Shown: positions 30,896-40,918, numbered from the stretch's first letter. The stretch: DNA of 64,000 nucleotides from Polyangiales bacterium (GCA_044229975.1 JBGARZ010000003.1:192001-256000); one strand, 5' to 3'. The notes: generated by a model from the sequence alone, not told the origin. Program-made: numbers and translations.

Positions 30896-33219
30896 GGGCA
30901 GCGGGTGAGCGAGGTGATCCAGCGGCTGAGGAGGGCCGCGCCGGCGGTGTCGACCGCGCCGCTGGAGACGGGTGGCATGCGCGAGACGTCCGACGCCACC
31001 ACGCGAGCGTGGAGCACGGAGCGCGCGGGTGCGCCGGGGGCGATGACGCGCGCGTCGGTGAGGCCCAGGGTGCCCACCATCGGGGTCGCGTCGCAGGTGC
31101 CGGTCATCACGAAGGGAGCGGCGAAGCGGAGGTCCATGGCGCCGCGCCCGATGCCACCGGGGCGATGGCACTGCGAGCAGTTGGTGTGGAGGTAGGCGCG
31201 GGCGCGCGGCTCATCGGGGCCTGGAGCGTAGGGGTCGGGATAGGCCGCGGGGCGCATCGCAGACGGCGGAAGCGCAGTGGTGAAGAGCCCGATGTGATCG
31301 AGCGTGTCGAGCTGGTTGGCTACACGGCCATTGGGGTAGCGCAGCGCGGTGTTGAGCTGCGCGGACTCCAGACCGAGCGAGCGACCGGCGGCCGCGGAGT
31401 GGCACTCCAGGCACTGGGTGCGCGAGGGGTAGTACCAGCGCGCGCCGCCGCCGAGGTCGCGCAGCTCGCTGCCGTCGAGGAGGTCGGCGTCGGTCTGGGC
31501 GTCGTTCCATCGGTACGAGTAGCCGCGCCACTCGCCGTCGGTGTGACGCACGAACAAGCGCGTCTCGACCCGGCGAGCGCCGACGGTGAAATTCTTCACG
31601 AGCACGGTGCCGTTGGGAAAGTCCCAGTCGCCGTCGGACCCCACGGTGATGCGCCCGCCCTCGGGCAGCGCCATGAAGCGCTCCTTCTCCGCGCCGTCGC
31701 TCCAGAAGGGCGCGCTCGGTGCGTACGGGATCAATCCCTCCGCGGGGCGACGAACGTCCGCGGGGTCGACACATCCCGTGGCGCGTAGTGTTCGCGGGAC
31801 GCGGTCGTCGGGCGCGGCCGCCCCCGGGACCAACCGCTGGATCACCCCCGAGACAGGCATCACATAGACCTCGCCCTCCTGGTCTTGACCGAAGGTGAAG
31901 AGGTTGGCGCCCGTCTCGACGAGGGTCTCCTTCGAGGCCCTGCCCGCGGCGTCGTAGGTGACCGCCCAGACCCGCCCCGAGCCGTAGTCGCCGAAGATGA
32001 AGCGCCCCACCAGCCAGGGCATCGCGCGCCCACGGTACACGAAGCCCCCGGTGATGGAGACCCCGTCGGAGCGGGGGTAGTCGAGCACCGGCAGCGTCGT
32101 CCCGCCGCTCGCGCAGGGCGTGTCGCGGTAGCAGGAGAAGCCCTCCATGGTGCTCCAGCCGTAGTCCCCGCCGCGGCGGATGATGTCGACCTCCTCGTGG
32201 GCGCTCTGTCCGACGTCGCCCGCCCAGAGCTCGCCGGTCGCGCGGTCGAAGCTCCAGCGCCAGGGATTGCGCAGCCCGATGGCGAAGATCTCCGGGCGCC
32301 CTCCGCCGGTCGCGTAGGGGTTGTCCGACGGGATGCCGTAGGGCCTTCCGCCCGACGGATGGTCGACGTCGAGGCGCAGAAACTTACCCAAGAGCGTATT
32401 GGGGTTCTGCCCGTTGCGCATCGGGTCGCCGCCGTCGCCACCGTCGCCGAAGCCCGCGTAGAGGTATCCGTCGGGGCCGAACATGATGCCGCCGCCATTG
32501 TGGTTGCTGAAGGGCTGCGGCAGCTCCAGCACCACCTCCTCGGTGGTCGGGTCGAGCGTGTCGCCACCATCGCGTGACCGCATGCGCGAGATGCGCGAGG
32601 TGAACACGCCTGCCTCACCAGCGCGGTTCGCACGCGTGTACGAGAGGTACACCCAACCGTTGGTCGCGAAGGCCGGGTGGAAGGCCATTCCCAGGAAGCC
32701 CGCTTCGCCGCCGAAGCCGACGCGTGTGCGGAGGTCGACGACCGTCGGCGCGGTCGACACGTCGGCGACGTTGTCGAAGCGGAAGATGATCCCGTTCTGC
32801 TGGGTGAGGTACCAGCGCGTGTTGTCGCCGGGGCGCTGGAGCATCGTGGTGATCTGGTTGTTGGGGGGTAGACGTGGGTACGCCGTGACCGCGCGCACGG
32901 CGCCGCCGGATGGAGCCGGGAAGGCGACGCAGGTGCGGTTGATCGGCCGCGTGTCGAGGCCCCACGACCACCCAGCATCGCGAGCGCCCACGTCGGGCGG
33001 ACCCACGTCAGGGAGGTCTCGCGCAACGACGACGTCGCGTGCACCCGCGTCCGCGCTGGCCGCATCTACGTTGGGTGCGTCCAGGCTGCTCGCATCCACG
33101 CCGCCCGCGTCCAGCGAGGTGGACATCCGCGGAGTGCAAGCCGCCGCCATGAGGAGAGCCAGCGATAACCTCTGCACGGGGAATAAACCGTCGCGGGGGG
33201 CTTGCGGAGGCGTGTTCAC
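30892..33219 (-). CDS. PQQ-dependent sugar dehydrogenase (GSDH beta-propeller) fused to a diheme cytochrome c domain; lipoprotein
   Basis: NHNGGG..FGPDGYLY, GLRNPWR.SFD, GDVGQ and SITGG motifs; heme motifs CLECH and CSQCH; PFWSDGA.K.R. Confidence 0.88.
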   Translation of the reverse strand: MNTPPQAPRDGLFPVQRLSLALLMAAACTPRMSTSLDAGGVDASSLDAPNVDAASADAGARDVVVARDLPDVGPPDVGARDAGWSWGLDTRPINRTCVAFPAPSGGAVRAVTAYPRLPPNNQITTMLQRPGDNTRWYLTQQNGIIFRFDNVADVSTAPTVVDLRTRVGFGGEAGFLGMAFHPAFATNGWVYLSYTRANRAGEAGVFTSRISRMRSRDGGDTLDPTTEEVVLELPQPFSNHNGGGIMFGPDGYLYAGFGDGGDGGDPMRNGQNPNTLLGKFLRLDVDHPSGGRPYGIPSDNPYATGGGRPEIFAIGLRNPWRWSFDRATGELWAGDVGQSAHEEVDIIRRGGDYGWSTMEGFSCYRDTPCASGGTTLPVLDYPRSDGVSITGGFVYRGRAMPWLVGRFIFGDYGSGRVWAVTYDAAGRASKETLVETGANLFTFGQDQEGEVYVMPVSGVIQRLVPGAAAPDDRVPRTLRATGCVDPADVRRPAEGLIPYAPSAPFWSDGAEKERFMALPEGGRITVGSDGDWDFPNGTVLVKNFTVGARRVETRLFVRHTDGEWRGYSYRWNDAQTDADLLDGSELRDLGGGARWYYPSRTQCLECHSAAAGRSLGLESAQLNTALRYPNGRVANQLDTLDHIGLFTTALPPSAMRPAAYPDPYAPGPDEPRARAYLHTNCSQCHRPGGIGRGAMDLRFAAPFVMTGTCDATPMVGTLGLTDARVIAPGAPARSVLHARVVASDVSRMPPVSSGAVDTAGAALLSRWITSLTRCP

Positions 33220-33247
33220 GATACCAGAATCTCCTCCATCAAATCGG

Positions 33248-33270
33248 ACACGAGGTCAGTGACTTCGTGT
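33248..33270. promoter_or_regulatory. Near-perfect 23-bp palindrome (putative operator) in a divergent promoter region
   Basis: ACACGAGGTCA-G-TGACTTCGTGT (11-1-11, one mismatch). Confidence 0.45.
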
Positions 33271-33359
33271 GACACCGACTGGAATAGTGTTCCGGGTGTG
33301 GTGCGTTCGAGGAGATGAAGGGCCGGATGATCCGGCTGAACAGAAAGCGGAGTCCACCA

Positions 33360-33671
33360 ATGCGCATCACCCTCATCGGCGGAGTCGAACGCAACGAGCG
33401 CTCGCTGACCAAGATCGCGAAGGAATTTGGGCACGACCTCGACTTCCACGGCGGGCACATGAACGGCCGCGGCGTCGAGGTGATGGAGCGTCAGATCGAG
33501 CGCTCCGACCTCGTGCTCGTGACCACCGACGTCAACAGCCACACGGCCGTGATGGTCGCGCGCAACGCCTCCAAGCGCATGGGCCGCGAGCTGATGCTCC
33601 TGCGCTCGTGCAACCCGACCCGCTTCCGCGAACTGCTCGCGCAGCGGGCCGGCACGCAGAAGGCGGCCTGA
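33360..33671 (+). CDS. DUF2325-domain protein
   Basis: MRITLIGG...DFHGG...I.RSDLVLVTTDVNSH....AR..SKR pattern. Confidence 0.75.
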   Translation: MRITLIGGVERNERSLTKIAKEFGHDLDFHGGHMNGRGVEVMERQIERSDLVLVTTDVNSHTAVMVARNASKRMGRELMLLRSCNPTRFRELLAQRAGTQKAA

Positions 33672-33682
33672 GGCAGCGTCCG

Positions 33683-36313
33683 TCACGGGGCGGCCGTCCC
33701 GAGGTAGAGAACCTTCAACGCCGCGATGTTCACGCGGAAGAAGGCGCCATCGGCTCCCCCCAATCCCCCGGTGTACCGGGTGAAGTGTTCGAAGGCCGAC
33801 ATGTTCACGGCGGCGCTGTCGTCGTCGATGACCACGCGGTAGTCGCGGTCGGCCGCGAGGCGGGCGCGCACGAACGAGGAGTCGCGCCACTGGTTCCATG
33901 CCCCGAGCTGCGGCATGACCACGTAGCCCTCGGCGACGGTCACGCCGCCCGCGACCTCGATCACCCGCACGCGCTTCACGCCGCACGTGATGCCCGTGTT
34001 GGTGGCGCCCGCGCCGTTGCCCGCGGTCACCTGCAGGAGGTAGGCGCCCTCCCGCGCGACGCGCAGCAGGGGTAGCTCCAGGCGATGCCCCGGGTCGCCC
34101 CAGTTCTCGTAGTGCATGCGACCGTGGGCGTCGACGAGACGACCGCCCGTGGCGGTGAAGCGGGTCGCGTCGAACTGCTGCACTCGCGACGACCCATCGC
34201 CCCACCAGCACTGCGGCGGCGCGTGCTGCGAGGCGTTGCCGCTGCCGCGGAACACCAGCTCGGCGCTGAAACAATGCGTCGCGGTGTCGGCGTCGGTCGA
34301 CGGATCGGTCCAGGTGTCGCCGTCGGCGGGCCCTAGCGTGGCGACACGACGCCCATCGCGCAGCACCACCACGTCGACGGTCGAGCGTTCTTCGCCCGAC
34401 GTGTCGACGCGAACCTGCACCCGCCCGCCCGCCGCGGTGAGCGCGACGCTCGGGGTGCGCGGTCCGAACACCTGTCGCCAGTCCGCGACGTCGACGGCGG
34501 TGTTGAGCGAAGCGCGCGCCTCGGGCGTGTCGCGCAGCTCGACCTCGATGACGGAGCGCTCGGGCAAGGTCGACGGGTCGATGAAGTCCTCGCCGACGTC
34601 GCGGCCGTCGAGGCGCACCGAGCCCACGGCGTAGGCGCCCGCGCGGTCTGCGCCCGGTGGAGGGAGCGTCACGCGAACGTCGAGGCGGCGCCCGCGGAAG
34701 GTGTAGCCTTGGAGCGCGATGCGGTCGGCCCGCGCGAACCAGGTGTTGCGCATGGTGCGGGTGATGAAGGGACGGGCGCGAATGCCCCGCGCCGAGGTCT
34801 CCAGCCCGAACACCACGTCGTGGACCATCGAGAGGTAGCCCGCGACGCTCCAGAGCTGGCGCTGCGAGTTGACCACCGGGCCGCTGTACATCCCGTCCTC
34901 CACGCGGGGTCGGCCCGTGACGAACTCGAAGTTCTCCATGTTGGAGAGGTTGAGCGCGGCGGCGCGGACCATGGAGGTGACGTTCCAGTCGACGCTGGCG
35001 TCGCTGCGAACCTGTCGCGCGGCGCGGAGCCAATAGGCCGTGACGAAGGGCCACGACGCGCGGTTGTGATAGATCGCCGTGAGCTGCTGCTGCGGCCAGA
35101 GCACCGGGAGACCGCGGCCCGCGTGCGGGTACCGGGCGACCATCTGGCGCGACTGCTCCTCGGTCGCGACGCCGGTGAGCACGGCGAGCGCCGAGCCGAG
35201 CGCGTCCCAGCGACGCACCGGGGAGGGGTCGAGCTCGGTGGTGGTGAAGGCGCTGAACTGGCCATCGTCGGCGAGCCAGAAGCGGCGCTGGATGCCCTGC
35301 TTCAGCGCATCGGCCCAACCGCGGTAGCGGGCCGCGGCGGTGGCGTCGGAGCGCTCGGTGGAGAGCGTCGCGAGCAGGTCGAGCATCGCGTAGTGGAGGA
35401 CGTTGGTGCTGAGCGAGCGCGACATCGCGATGTGCACGGGGTCGGTGGCGGTCCACCCGGGGTAGCTCTGCTCGCGCCAGTCGAGGAAGGAGTGCTCGCC
35501 GCGGTAGAGGCCGTCGGTCGCGTCGAAGACAACGCGCCGGTCGTGCTCGGCGGTGTTGACCATCGCGGGGTAGGCCGCGTCGAGGAAGCGCGCGCGCTCG
35601 GCGCCATCGAGGTGCTTGAGCATCTCCGCGGCGCCTAGCGCCCACACCACACGATCGGTGGAGACGGGGTAGCTGCCGCCCGTTCCAGTGTCCTGAACGA
35701 TCTGCGGAGCAGTGCCGTCACGACGCGCGGAGAGCTTGAAGAGCAGGGAGTTGCGGGCGCGCAGCGGGTCCATCGCCGCGAGCCCGAGGTTCACGGCGTA
35801 GGCGGTGTCGCGGGTCCAGACGTAGTTCCAGAGGCGGCCGGTCTCGAAGCAGCCCTCGGCGGGGCAGTCGAGGCCGTTGCCGCGGTTGAAGGCGCCGTCG
35901 CGGATGGTGGAGACGGAGTTCTCTCGCATCTCGTCGATGGCGAGGGCGTAGAGCGCGTCGAAGAGGTCGTGCCCGGTTCGCAGCGTCGACCACGCATCAC
36001 GCTCGCGCACGGTGCGCGGGTTGGCGGGCTGGTTGTCGCGCAGCGCCGCGGTGCTTCGCAGCAGGTAGGTGCGCGCGCACGCTGCGTGGTCGTCGATGGT
36101 GACGGTGACCCGATCGCTGCCGTCGACGAGCTCACTGGTCATGCCCGCGCGTGGGGTGATGGCGCCCTCGCACGTGGACCGTGCGGCGTCAGTGCCGGGT
36201 GCGTCGCTCACGCGGCCTGCGTCGGTGTTGTTGGTGGCGGGAGGGTCGTCGCAGCCGCCGAGGGCGAGCGCGACGAGGGGCAGCAGCGAGCGAGCGCGAA
36301 GACCTTTGTGCAC
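33683..36313 (-). CDS. Six-hairpin glycoside hydrolase lipoprotein (MGH1/GH63-like)
   Basis: Lipobox LGGC; FETG..W.YVWTRD, DTGTGGSYPVSTDR, GEHSFLDWREQSYP, YHN...WPF and VVNSQRQLWS motifs. Confidence 0.8.
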   Translation of the reverse strand: MHKGLRARSLLPLVALALGGCDDPPATNNTDAGRVSDAPGTDAARSTCEGAITPRAGMTSELVDGSDRVTVTIDDHAACARTYLLRSTAALRDNQPANPRTVRERDAWSTLRTGHDLFDALYALAIDEMRENSVSTIRDGAFNRGNGLDCPAEGCFETGRLWNYVWTRDTAYAVNLGLAAMDPLRARNSLLFKLSARRDGTAPQIVQDTGTGGSYPVSTDRVVWALGAAEMLKHLDGAERARFLDAAYPAMVNTAEHDRRVVFDATDGLYRGEHSFLDWREQSYPGWTATDPVHIAMSRSLSTNVLHYAMLDLLATLSTERSDATAAARYRGWADALKQGIQRRFWLADDGQFSAFTTTELDPSPVRRWDALGSALAVLTGVATEEQSRQMVARYPHAGRGLPVLWPQQQLTAIYHNRASWPFVTAYWLRAARQVRSDASVDWNVTSMVRAAALNLSNMENFEFVTGRPRVEDGMYSGPVVNSQRQLWSVAGYLSMVHDVVFGLETSARGIRARPFITRTMRNTWFARADRIALQGYTFRGRRLDVRVTLPPPGADRAGAYAVGSVRLDGRDVGEDFIDPSTLPERSVIEVELRDTPEARASLNTAVDVADWRQVFGPRTPSVALTAAGGRVQVRVDTSGEERSTVDVVVLRDGRRVATLGPADGDTWTDPSTDADTATHCFSAELVFRGSGNASQHAPPQCWWGDGSSRVQQFDATRFTATGGRLVDAHGRMHYENWGDPGHRLELPLLRVAREGAYLLQVTAGNGAGATNTGITCGVKRVRVIEVAGGVTVAEGYVVMPQLGAWNQWRDSSFVRARLAADRDYRVVIDDDSAAVNMSAFEHFTRYTGGLGGADGAFFRVNIAALKVLYLGTAAP

Positions 36314-36368
36314 AGGGTCGATTGTCCACGCCGAGGTGAGGCGCGGGCAAGCACCGACACTCCAGTGG

Positions 36369-37049
36369 TCAGATGTTGGGGATCTGCCAGTCGATGGGCT
36401 TGTGGCCGAGCTTCGTGAGCGCGTCGTTGACCTTCGAGTAGGGCTTCGAGCCCATGAAGAGCTTCACCGAGAGCGGCGACGGGTGCGCGCCTTCGATGAC
36501 GATGTGCTTCTTGGCGTCGACGAGCTTCGCCTTCTTCTTGGCGTAGTTGCCCCACAGGAGAAACACCGCGGGCTTCTCGCGCTCGGAGATGGCCTTGATG
36601 GCCGCGTCGGTGAACTTCTCCCAGCCCTGATCCTTGTGGGAGTTGGGCGTGTGGGCGCGGACGGTCATCACGGCGTTGAGCATCAGCATCCCCTGCTTCG
36701 CCCACGGCACGAGGTACCCGTTGTTGGGGATGGTGCACCCGAGGTCGGACTTGAGTTCCTTGTACATGTTGACCAGCGACGGGGGCGTGGAGATGCCCGG
36801 CTTCACCGAGAAGCACAGCCCGTGGGCCTGGCCGACGTCGTGGTAGGGGTCCTGCCCGATGAGCACGACCTTCGTGTCGTTGAAGGGCGAGTGGTGAAAG
36901 GCCGAGAAGACCTCGTCCTCCGGCGGAAACACCTGGCCTGACGCGCGCTCCTTCGCGACGAAGTCCATCAGGGCCTTGAAATAGTCCTTGTCGAACTCGG
37001 CGCCGAGCGCCGCCTGCCAGTCGGACGGAAGGTTGGGACGATCGCTCAT
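36369..37049 (-). CDS. ung: Uracil-DNA glycosylase (family 1)
   Basis: GQDPYH, AHGLCFSV, PPSL.N, LWG and HPSPLS motifs. Confidence 0.97.
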   Translation of the reverse strand: MSDRPNLPSDWQAALGAEFDKDYFKALMDFVAKERASGQVFPPEDEVFSAFHHSPFNDTKVVLIGQDPYHDVGQAHGLCFSVKPGISTPPSLVNMYKELKSDLGCTIPNNGYLVPWAKQGMLMLNAVMTVRAHTPNSHKDQGWEKFTDAAIKAISEREKPAVFLLWGNYAKKKAKLVDAKKHIVIEGAHPSPLSVKLFMGSKPYSKVNDALTKLGHKPIDWQIPNI

Positions 37050-37087
37050 CGGTTTGTCGTGGCTCCGTGCAGAGGTTGGGAGGGGAA

Positions 37088-37507
37088 TCAGGCGATGGCG
37101 GCGGCGATGGCCTTCGCGAGCGCGGCGCCGGCGGCGTGGTCGAAGTGCCCGGTGGCGTTCCAGACAACGCCGAGGCCCTGCGAGGAGTCGGGTCGCGGGA
37201 TGATGTGGAAGTGAACGTGGAAGACGGCCTGGTGCGCGAGGGCGCCGTTGTTCTGGAGGACGTTGAAGTCCTCGCAGCCGGTGGCCTTCTTCACGGCGCG
37301 GCAGAGGCGCGGGAGCACCCGTCCGAGCGCCGCCGCGGAGTCATCCGAGAGCGCGTCGAGCGTGACCGCGGGCTCCTTCGGGATCACCAGCGTGTGGCCG
37401 CGGCTCAGCGGTCCGATGTCGAGGAAGGCCAGGACGAGGTCGTCCTCGTAGACCTTGTGACAGGGGATCTCGCCCCGAAGAATCTTGCCGAAGATGGTGT
37501 CTGCCAT
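37088..37507 (-). CDS. HIT-family nucleotide hydrolase
   Basis: TIFGKI..GEIPC, GHTLVIPK and HVHFHIIP histidine triad. Confidence 0.93.
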   Translation of the reverse strand: MADTIFGKILRGEIPCHKVYEDDLVLAFLDIGPLSRGHTLVIPKEPAVTLDALSDDSAAALGRVLPRLCRAVKKATGCEDFNVLQNNGALAHQAVFHVHFHIIPRPDSSQGLGVVWNATGHFDHAAGAALAKAIAAAIA

Positions 37508-37708
37508 GGGGGTGCTTCGGCGCGGCAGGGTACATCAACACGACGACACAAAGAGGGGGAGGCGCCGATGCCTCGCCGTGGTCACCAGAGCCCCACTGCG
37601 GACCGTGAATTTCCGGTCTCTCGGGCGTTGCGGTCGGTGTGCGCGCGGGGTGTAGAGTCGCGCTCGGACCGTCGTCGTCAGGTGGGCGTCGTCCGGAAAG
37701 AGGCCGTC

Positions 37709-39583
37709 ATGGGTTCAAGAGTCTTCGTGGTCGCGCTCGTGCTCGGGCTTCCGCTGGCGGGCTGTTCGCAGAGTGAGTCGCAGGTCGTCGTCCCCGACCC
37801 CAGCACCACCCGCGACTCGGGCAACGGCAACAACGGCCGCGGCGACGGCTCGCGCTCCGACGGCGCCGGGGTGATCGACAACGACGGCTGGAGCGACTTC
37901 GACGGCGGCACGTCGACCGGCGACAGCGGCACGGTGCGCCCCTTCGACGGCTTCGACCTCGACGGGCTCACCTTCGACTTCGACGTCACCGAACCTCCCG
38001 GGGACGGCAGCGTCGGCCCTGGTCCCGGTGACCTCACCCGACCCGACCCGTGCGGCAACGGGCTCGACGACGACCGCAACGGGCTCGTCGACGACGGGTG
38101 CCTGTGCACGGCCGGGCGCACACAACGCTGCTTCGCGGGCGACCCGGCGTTGGCGGGGCGTGGCGTGTGCGTGTGGGGCGTTCAGACCTGCGAGGGCATC
38201 CAGACCGATGGCTCGTGGGGCGCCTGCACCGGCTCGGGCGCGGCCGTCACCGAGACCTGCGACATGGCCGACAACAACTGCGACGGGCTCATCGACGAGA
38301 CCTGTCCCTGCACGGCGGGCGCGACGCGCTCCTGCTACTCGGGGCCGGCGGCTTCGCTCGGGCGCGGCACCTGCCGCGGCGGGACGCAGACCTGCGGGGC
38401 CGACAGCCGGTGGGGCGCGTGCTCGGGTGAGATCACGCCCGCGGCCGAGGCGTGCGACGGGGCCGACCGCAACTGCGACGGCGCCGCGATGGACGGCTGC
38501 ACCTGCACGGTCGGCGCGACGGAGAGCTGCTACTCGGGGCCGACCGGGGCCATCGGGATGGGCGCCTGTCGCGGGGGGTCACGCACCTGCGTGCGGCTCG
38601 CGGGCGGCGGCTCGGACTGGGGTCCGTGCGGCGGCGAGGTGCTGCCGCGCTCGGAGGTTTGCTCGGGCGGCATCGACGAGGACTGCAACGGCATCATCGA
38701 CTGCGCGGACCAGGAGTGCATCGCGACCGCGGAGTGCATCGCCCCGCGCTGCGTGATGGGCGAGGTCGAAGACCTGCTGCCCGAGGTGGGCGAGATCACG
38801 CTCATCGCCGACCGCTCGGGCAGCATGGACCTGCGGGTGCCCGACGGCGCGACGCGCTGGGGTGCGCTGCGCTCGGCGACCAACATCGTGCTGCCGCGCA
38901 TCGAGGACGCCTTCGACATCGGGCTGGAGCTCTTCCCGGCCGTGGGTCCGTGCAGCGTCCCCGATGAGGGCATGACGCTGCCCGCCAGCCGCGGCAACGC
39001 GCGGCTCATCCCCGACATCATGACCCGCATCGGCCCCGACGGTAACACCCCGACCCGGGCCGCCATCGAAGGCGCGCGCGGCTTCTTCTCCCGCCATCCG
39101 ACGCCGGTGCGCCGCTTCGTGCTGCTCGCCACCGACGGCGAACCCAACTGCGGCGGCCCGGTGGGTCAGGTCGTCAGCTCCATCACGGCGCTGCGCGCCG
39201 ACGGCATCGACACCTTCGTGCTCGGCATCCCCGGCCCGCGCGACTCGCTCAACCAGATGGCCATCGCGGGCGGACGGGCGCGCGCGGGCGGGACGTCGTT
39301 CTATGAGGCGACCACCACGGCGCAGCTCACGGCGGCGATTCGCGCCATCACCTCGGCGACCAACACCTGCGAGTACCCGGTGCCCTCGTCGCTCCTGCCC
39401 ATCGGCGACCTGTCGCGCTTCCGCATCCTCTTCAACGGATCGCCAGTCGCGGCCGACGCCACCAACGGCTGGAGCTTCACCGACGCCGCGCGCAGCCGCA
39501 TCCGCCTCAACGGCACCTCGTGCACGACGCTCCGCTCGGGCACCGTCACCAGCGTCGTCGCCACGTACAACTGCCCGCTCTGA
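37709..39583 (+). CDS. Lipoprotein with Cys-rich myxobacterial repeats and a C-terminal vWA (MIDAS) domain, CglB-like
   Basis: Lipobox LAGC; E.CD..DNNCDG..DE repeats; MIDAS DRSGS, GNTPT and LATDG. Confidence 0.82.
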   Translation: MGSRVFVVALVLGLPLAGCSQSESQVVVPDPSTTRDSGNGNNGRGDGSRSDGAGVIDNDGWSDFDGGTSTGDSGTVRPFDGFDLDGLTFDFDVTEPPGDGSVGPGPGDLTRPDPCGNGLDDDRNGLVDDGCLCTAGRTQRCFAGDPALAGRGVCVWGVQTCEGIQTDGSWGACTGSGAAVTETCDMADNNCDGLIDETCPCTAGATRSCYSGPAASLGRGTCRGGTQTCGADSRWGACSGEITPAAEACDGADRNCDGAAMDGCTCTVGATESCYSGPTGAIGMGACRGGSRTCVRLAGGGSDWGPCGGEVLPRSEVCSGGIDEDCNGIIDCADQECIATAECIAPRCVMGEVEDLLPEVGEITLIADRSGSMDLRVPDGATRWGALRSATNIVLPRIEDAFDIGLELFPAVGPCSVPDEGMTLPASRGNARLIPDIMTRIGPDGNTPTRAAIEGARGFFSRHPTPVRRFVLLATDGEPNCGGPVGQVVSSITALRADGIDTFVLGIPGPRDSLNQMAIAGGRARAGGTSFYEATTTAQLTAAIRAITSATNTCEYPVPSSLLPIGDLSRFRILFNGSPVAADATNGWSFTDAARSRIRLNGTSCTTLRSGTVTSVVATYNCPL

Positions 39584-39601
39584 CGGAGCGTCCACGGGAT
39601 T

Positions 39602-39672
39602 CCGGCGTTCTCACGAGCGCCGGTCCTTCCGAAGAGAGGTCAGTCATCCGCCTCAGCGGAACGAGCGACCTC
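39602..39672. terminator. Paired hairpins between convergent genes (possible terminator or stability structures)
   Basis: ccggcgttc/gagcgccgg stem; gaggtc...gacctc stem enclosing tccgc-ctca-gcgga; no U-tract. Confidence 0.3.
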
Positions 39673-39712
39673 CACCCTTCAATGATGTCTGGCGGAGAGA
39701 GGGAGCCGACGC

Positions 39713-40237
39713 TCAGGCGTCGAGGGCGACGGCCACGCCGTTGATCACGGCGGCGATGCGGAGCGCATCGAACACGTGGTCTTCGGTGAGGCCGCCTTCG
39801 AGGATGGTGCGGTCGTGCGCCTTCAGGCACACCTCGCAGCCCTTCACGGCGCTGGCGGCGATGCAGAACAGCTCGAAGTCGAGCTTCGTCGAAGCGGGCT
39901 TGGCGATGCGGTTCATCCGCAGGCGGGCAGGCTTCTTCTCGTACGTCTCCTTCCCGAGGAGGTGACGGCCCCGGTAGAAGACGTTGTTCATCGCCATGAT
40001 GGCGGCCGCGGCGCGGGCGTCGTCGATGGTGGCCTCCTCGACCCCGGCCTCGCGGGCGCTCACCAGCACCGCGTCACGGAGCGCGGGGTGCCGCGCGGTG
40101 ATGGCCGCGGTGATGGCCGAGCCCCAGCGCTGCGCGAGGGACAACGTGCCGTCGCCGAGCACGGAGCCGACGTTGAGACGAAGGTCGCGCGCGACGTCAG
40201 GGAGCCGCTCGATGAGGGCTTCGAGGGTTTCGCTCAT
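39713..40237 (-). CDS. ahpD: Alkylhydroperoxidase AhpD
   Basis: AAAIMAMNNVFYR, LRMN and FELFC.AAS...GCEVCL.AH (CxxC). Confidence 0.93.
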   Translation of the reverse strand: MSETLEALIERLPDVARDLRLNVGSVLGDGTLSLAQRWGSAITAAITARHPALRDAVLVSAREAGVEEATIDDARAAAAIMAMNNVFYRGRHLLGKETYEKKPARLRMNRIAKPASTKLDFELFCIAASAVKGCEVCLKAHDRTILEGGLTEDHVFDALRIAAVINGVAVALDA

Positions 40238-40253
40238 GGTGCGCTCTCGACCC

Positions 40254-40784
40254 TCAGAGGGTCTTGTCGCCCTTCTGCCAGTTGCACGGGCAGAGCTCGT
40301 CGGTCTGCAGGGCGTCGAGCGTGCGGAGCACCTCGGGGACGCTGCGGCCCACGCTCAGGTCGTTGACCGAGGCCCAGCGGATGGTGCCCTGCGGGTCGAC
40401 GATGAAGGTCGCGCGGAGGCACACGCCGTCCTCCTTGTGGAGGATGCCGAGGCCCTTGGAGAGTTCCTGCTTCGCGTCGGCGAGCATCGGGAAGGGGAGG
40501 TTGCGGAGGTCGTCGTGGTGGGTGCGCCACGCGTGGTGGACGAAGTGCGAGTCGGTGCTCAGGCCGAGCACCTGCGCGTCGCGGTCGTTGAAGTCCCTGT
40601 TGCGCTTGCCGAACTCCGCGATCTCCGTCGGGCAGATGAACGTGAAGTCCATCGGCCACGCGAAGAGCACCAGCCACTTGCCCTCGTAGGACTTGTCCGT
40701 GATGCGGGCGAACTCCTTGCCCTTCTCAAGCGAGACACAAGCCTGGAGGTTGAACGCGGGAATCTGGTCGCCAATGGTCAGCAT
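40254..40784 (-). CDS. ahpC: Peroxiredoxin AhpC (actinobacterial-type, AhpD-coupled)
   Basis: PMDFTFICPTE peroxidatic Cys; TDELCPCNW resolving Cys; SD AGGAG. Confidence 0.93.
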   Translation of the reverse strand: MLTIGDQIPAFNLQACVSLEKGKEFARITDKSYEGKWLVLFAWPMDFTFICPTEIAEFGKRNRDFNDRDAQVLGLSTDSHFVHHAWRTHHDDLRNLPFPMLADAKQELSKGLGILHKEDGVCLRATFIVDPQGTIRWASVNDLSVGRSVPEVLRTLDALQTDELCPCNWQKGDKTL

Positions 40785-40844
40785 CGTGGGATCTCCTGTC
40801 GGTGACGCCGGCGCCTCTGCCGGGTCTTTGGTGACGGGCCTTGT

Positions 40845-40860
40845 ATCGAGAATCGGGCCA
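40845..40860 (-). promoter_or_regulatory. Putative sigma54 (-24/-12) promoter of ahpCD
   Basis: Minus strand TGGCCCG-ATTC-TCGAT versus consensus TGGCACG-N4-TTGCW; the -12 element is imperfect. Confidence 0.5.
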
Positions 40861-40918
40861 CACAGCATCACCCCTTCTCTTCCCCATGAATTCGCCTCGA
40901 TCGTGGCCTCTCACCGCC

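Noticed and set aside
36369..37507. ung-HIT adjacency as a novel DNA repair or defence system
   Set aside because: Both look like ordinary housekeeping members and nothing else supports a functional link
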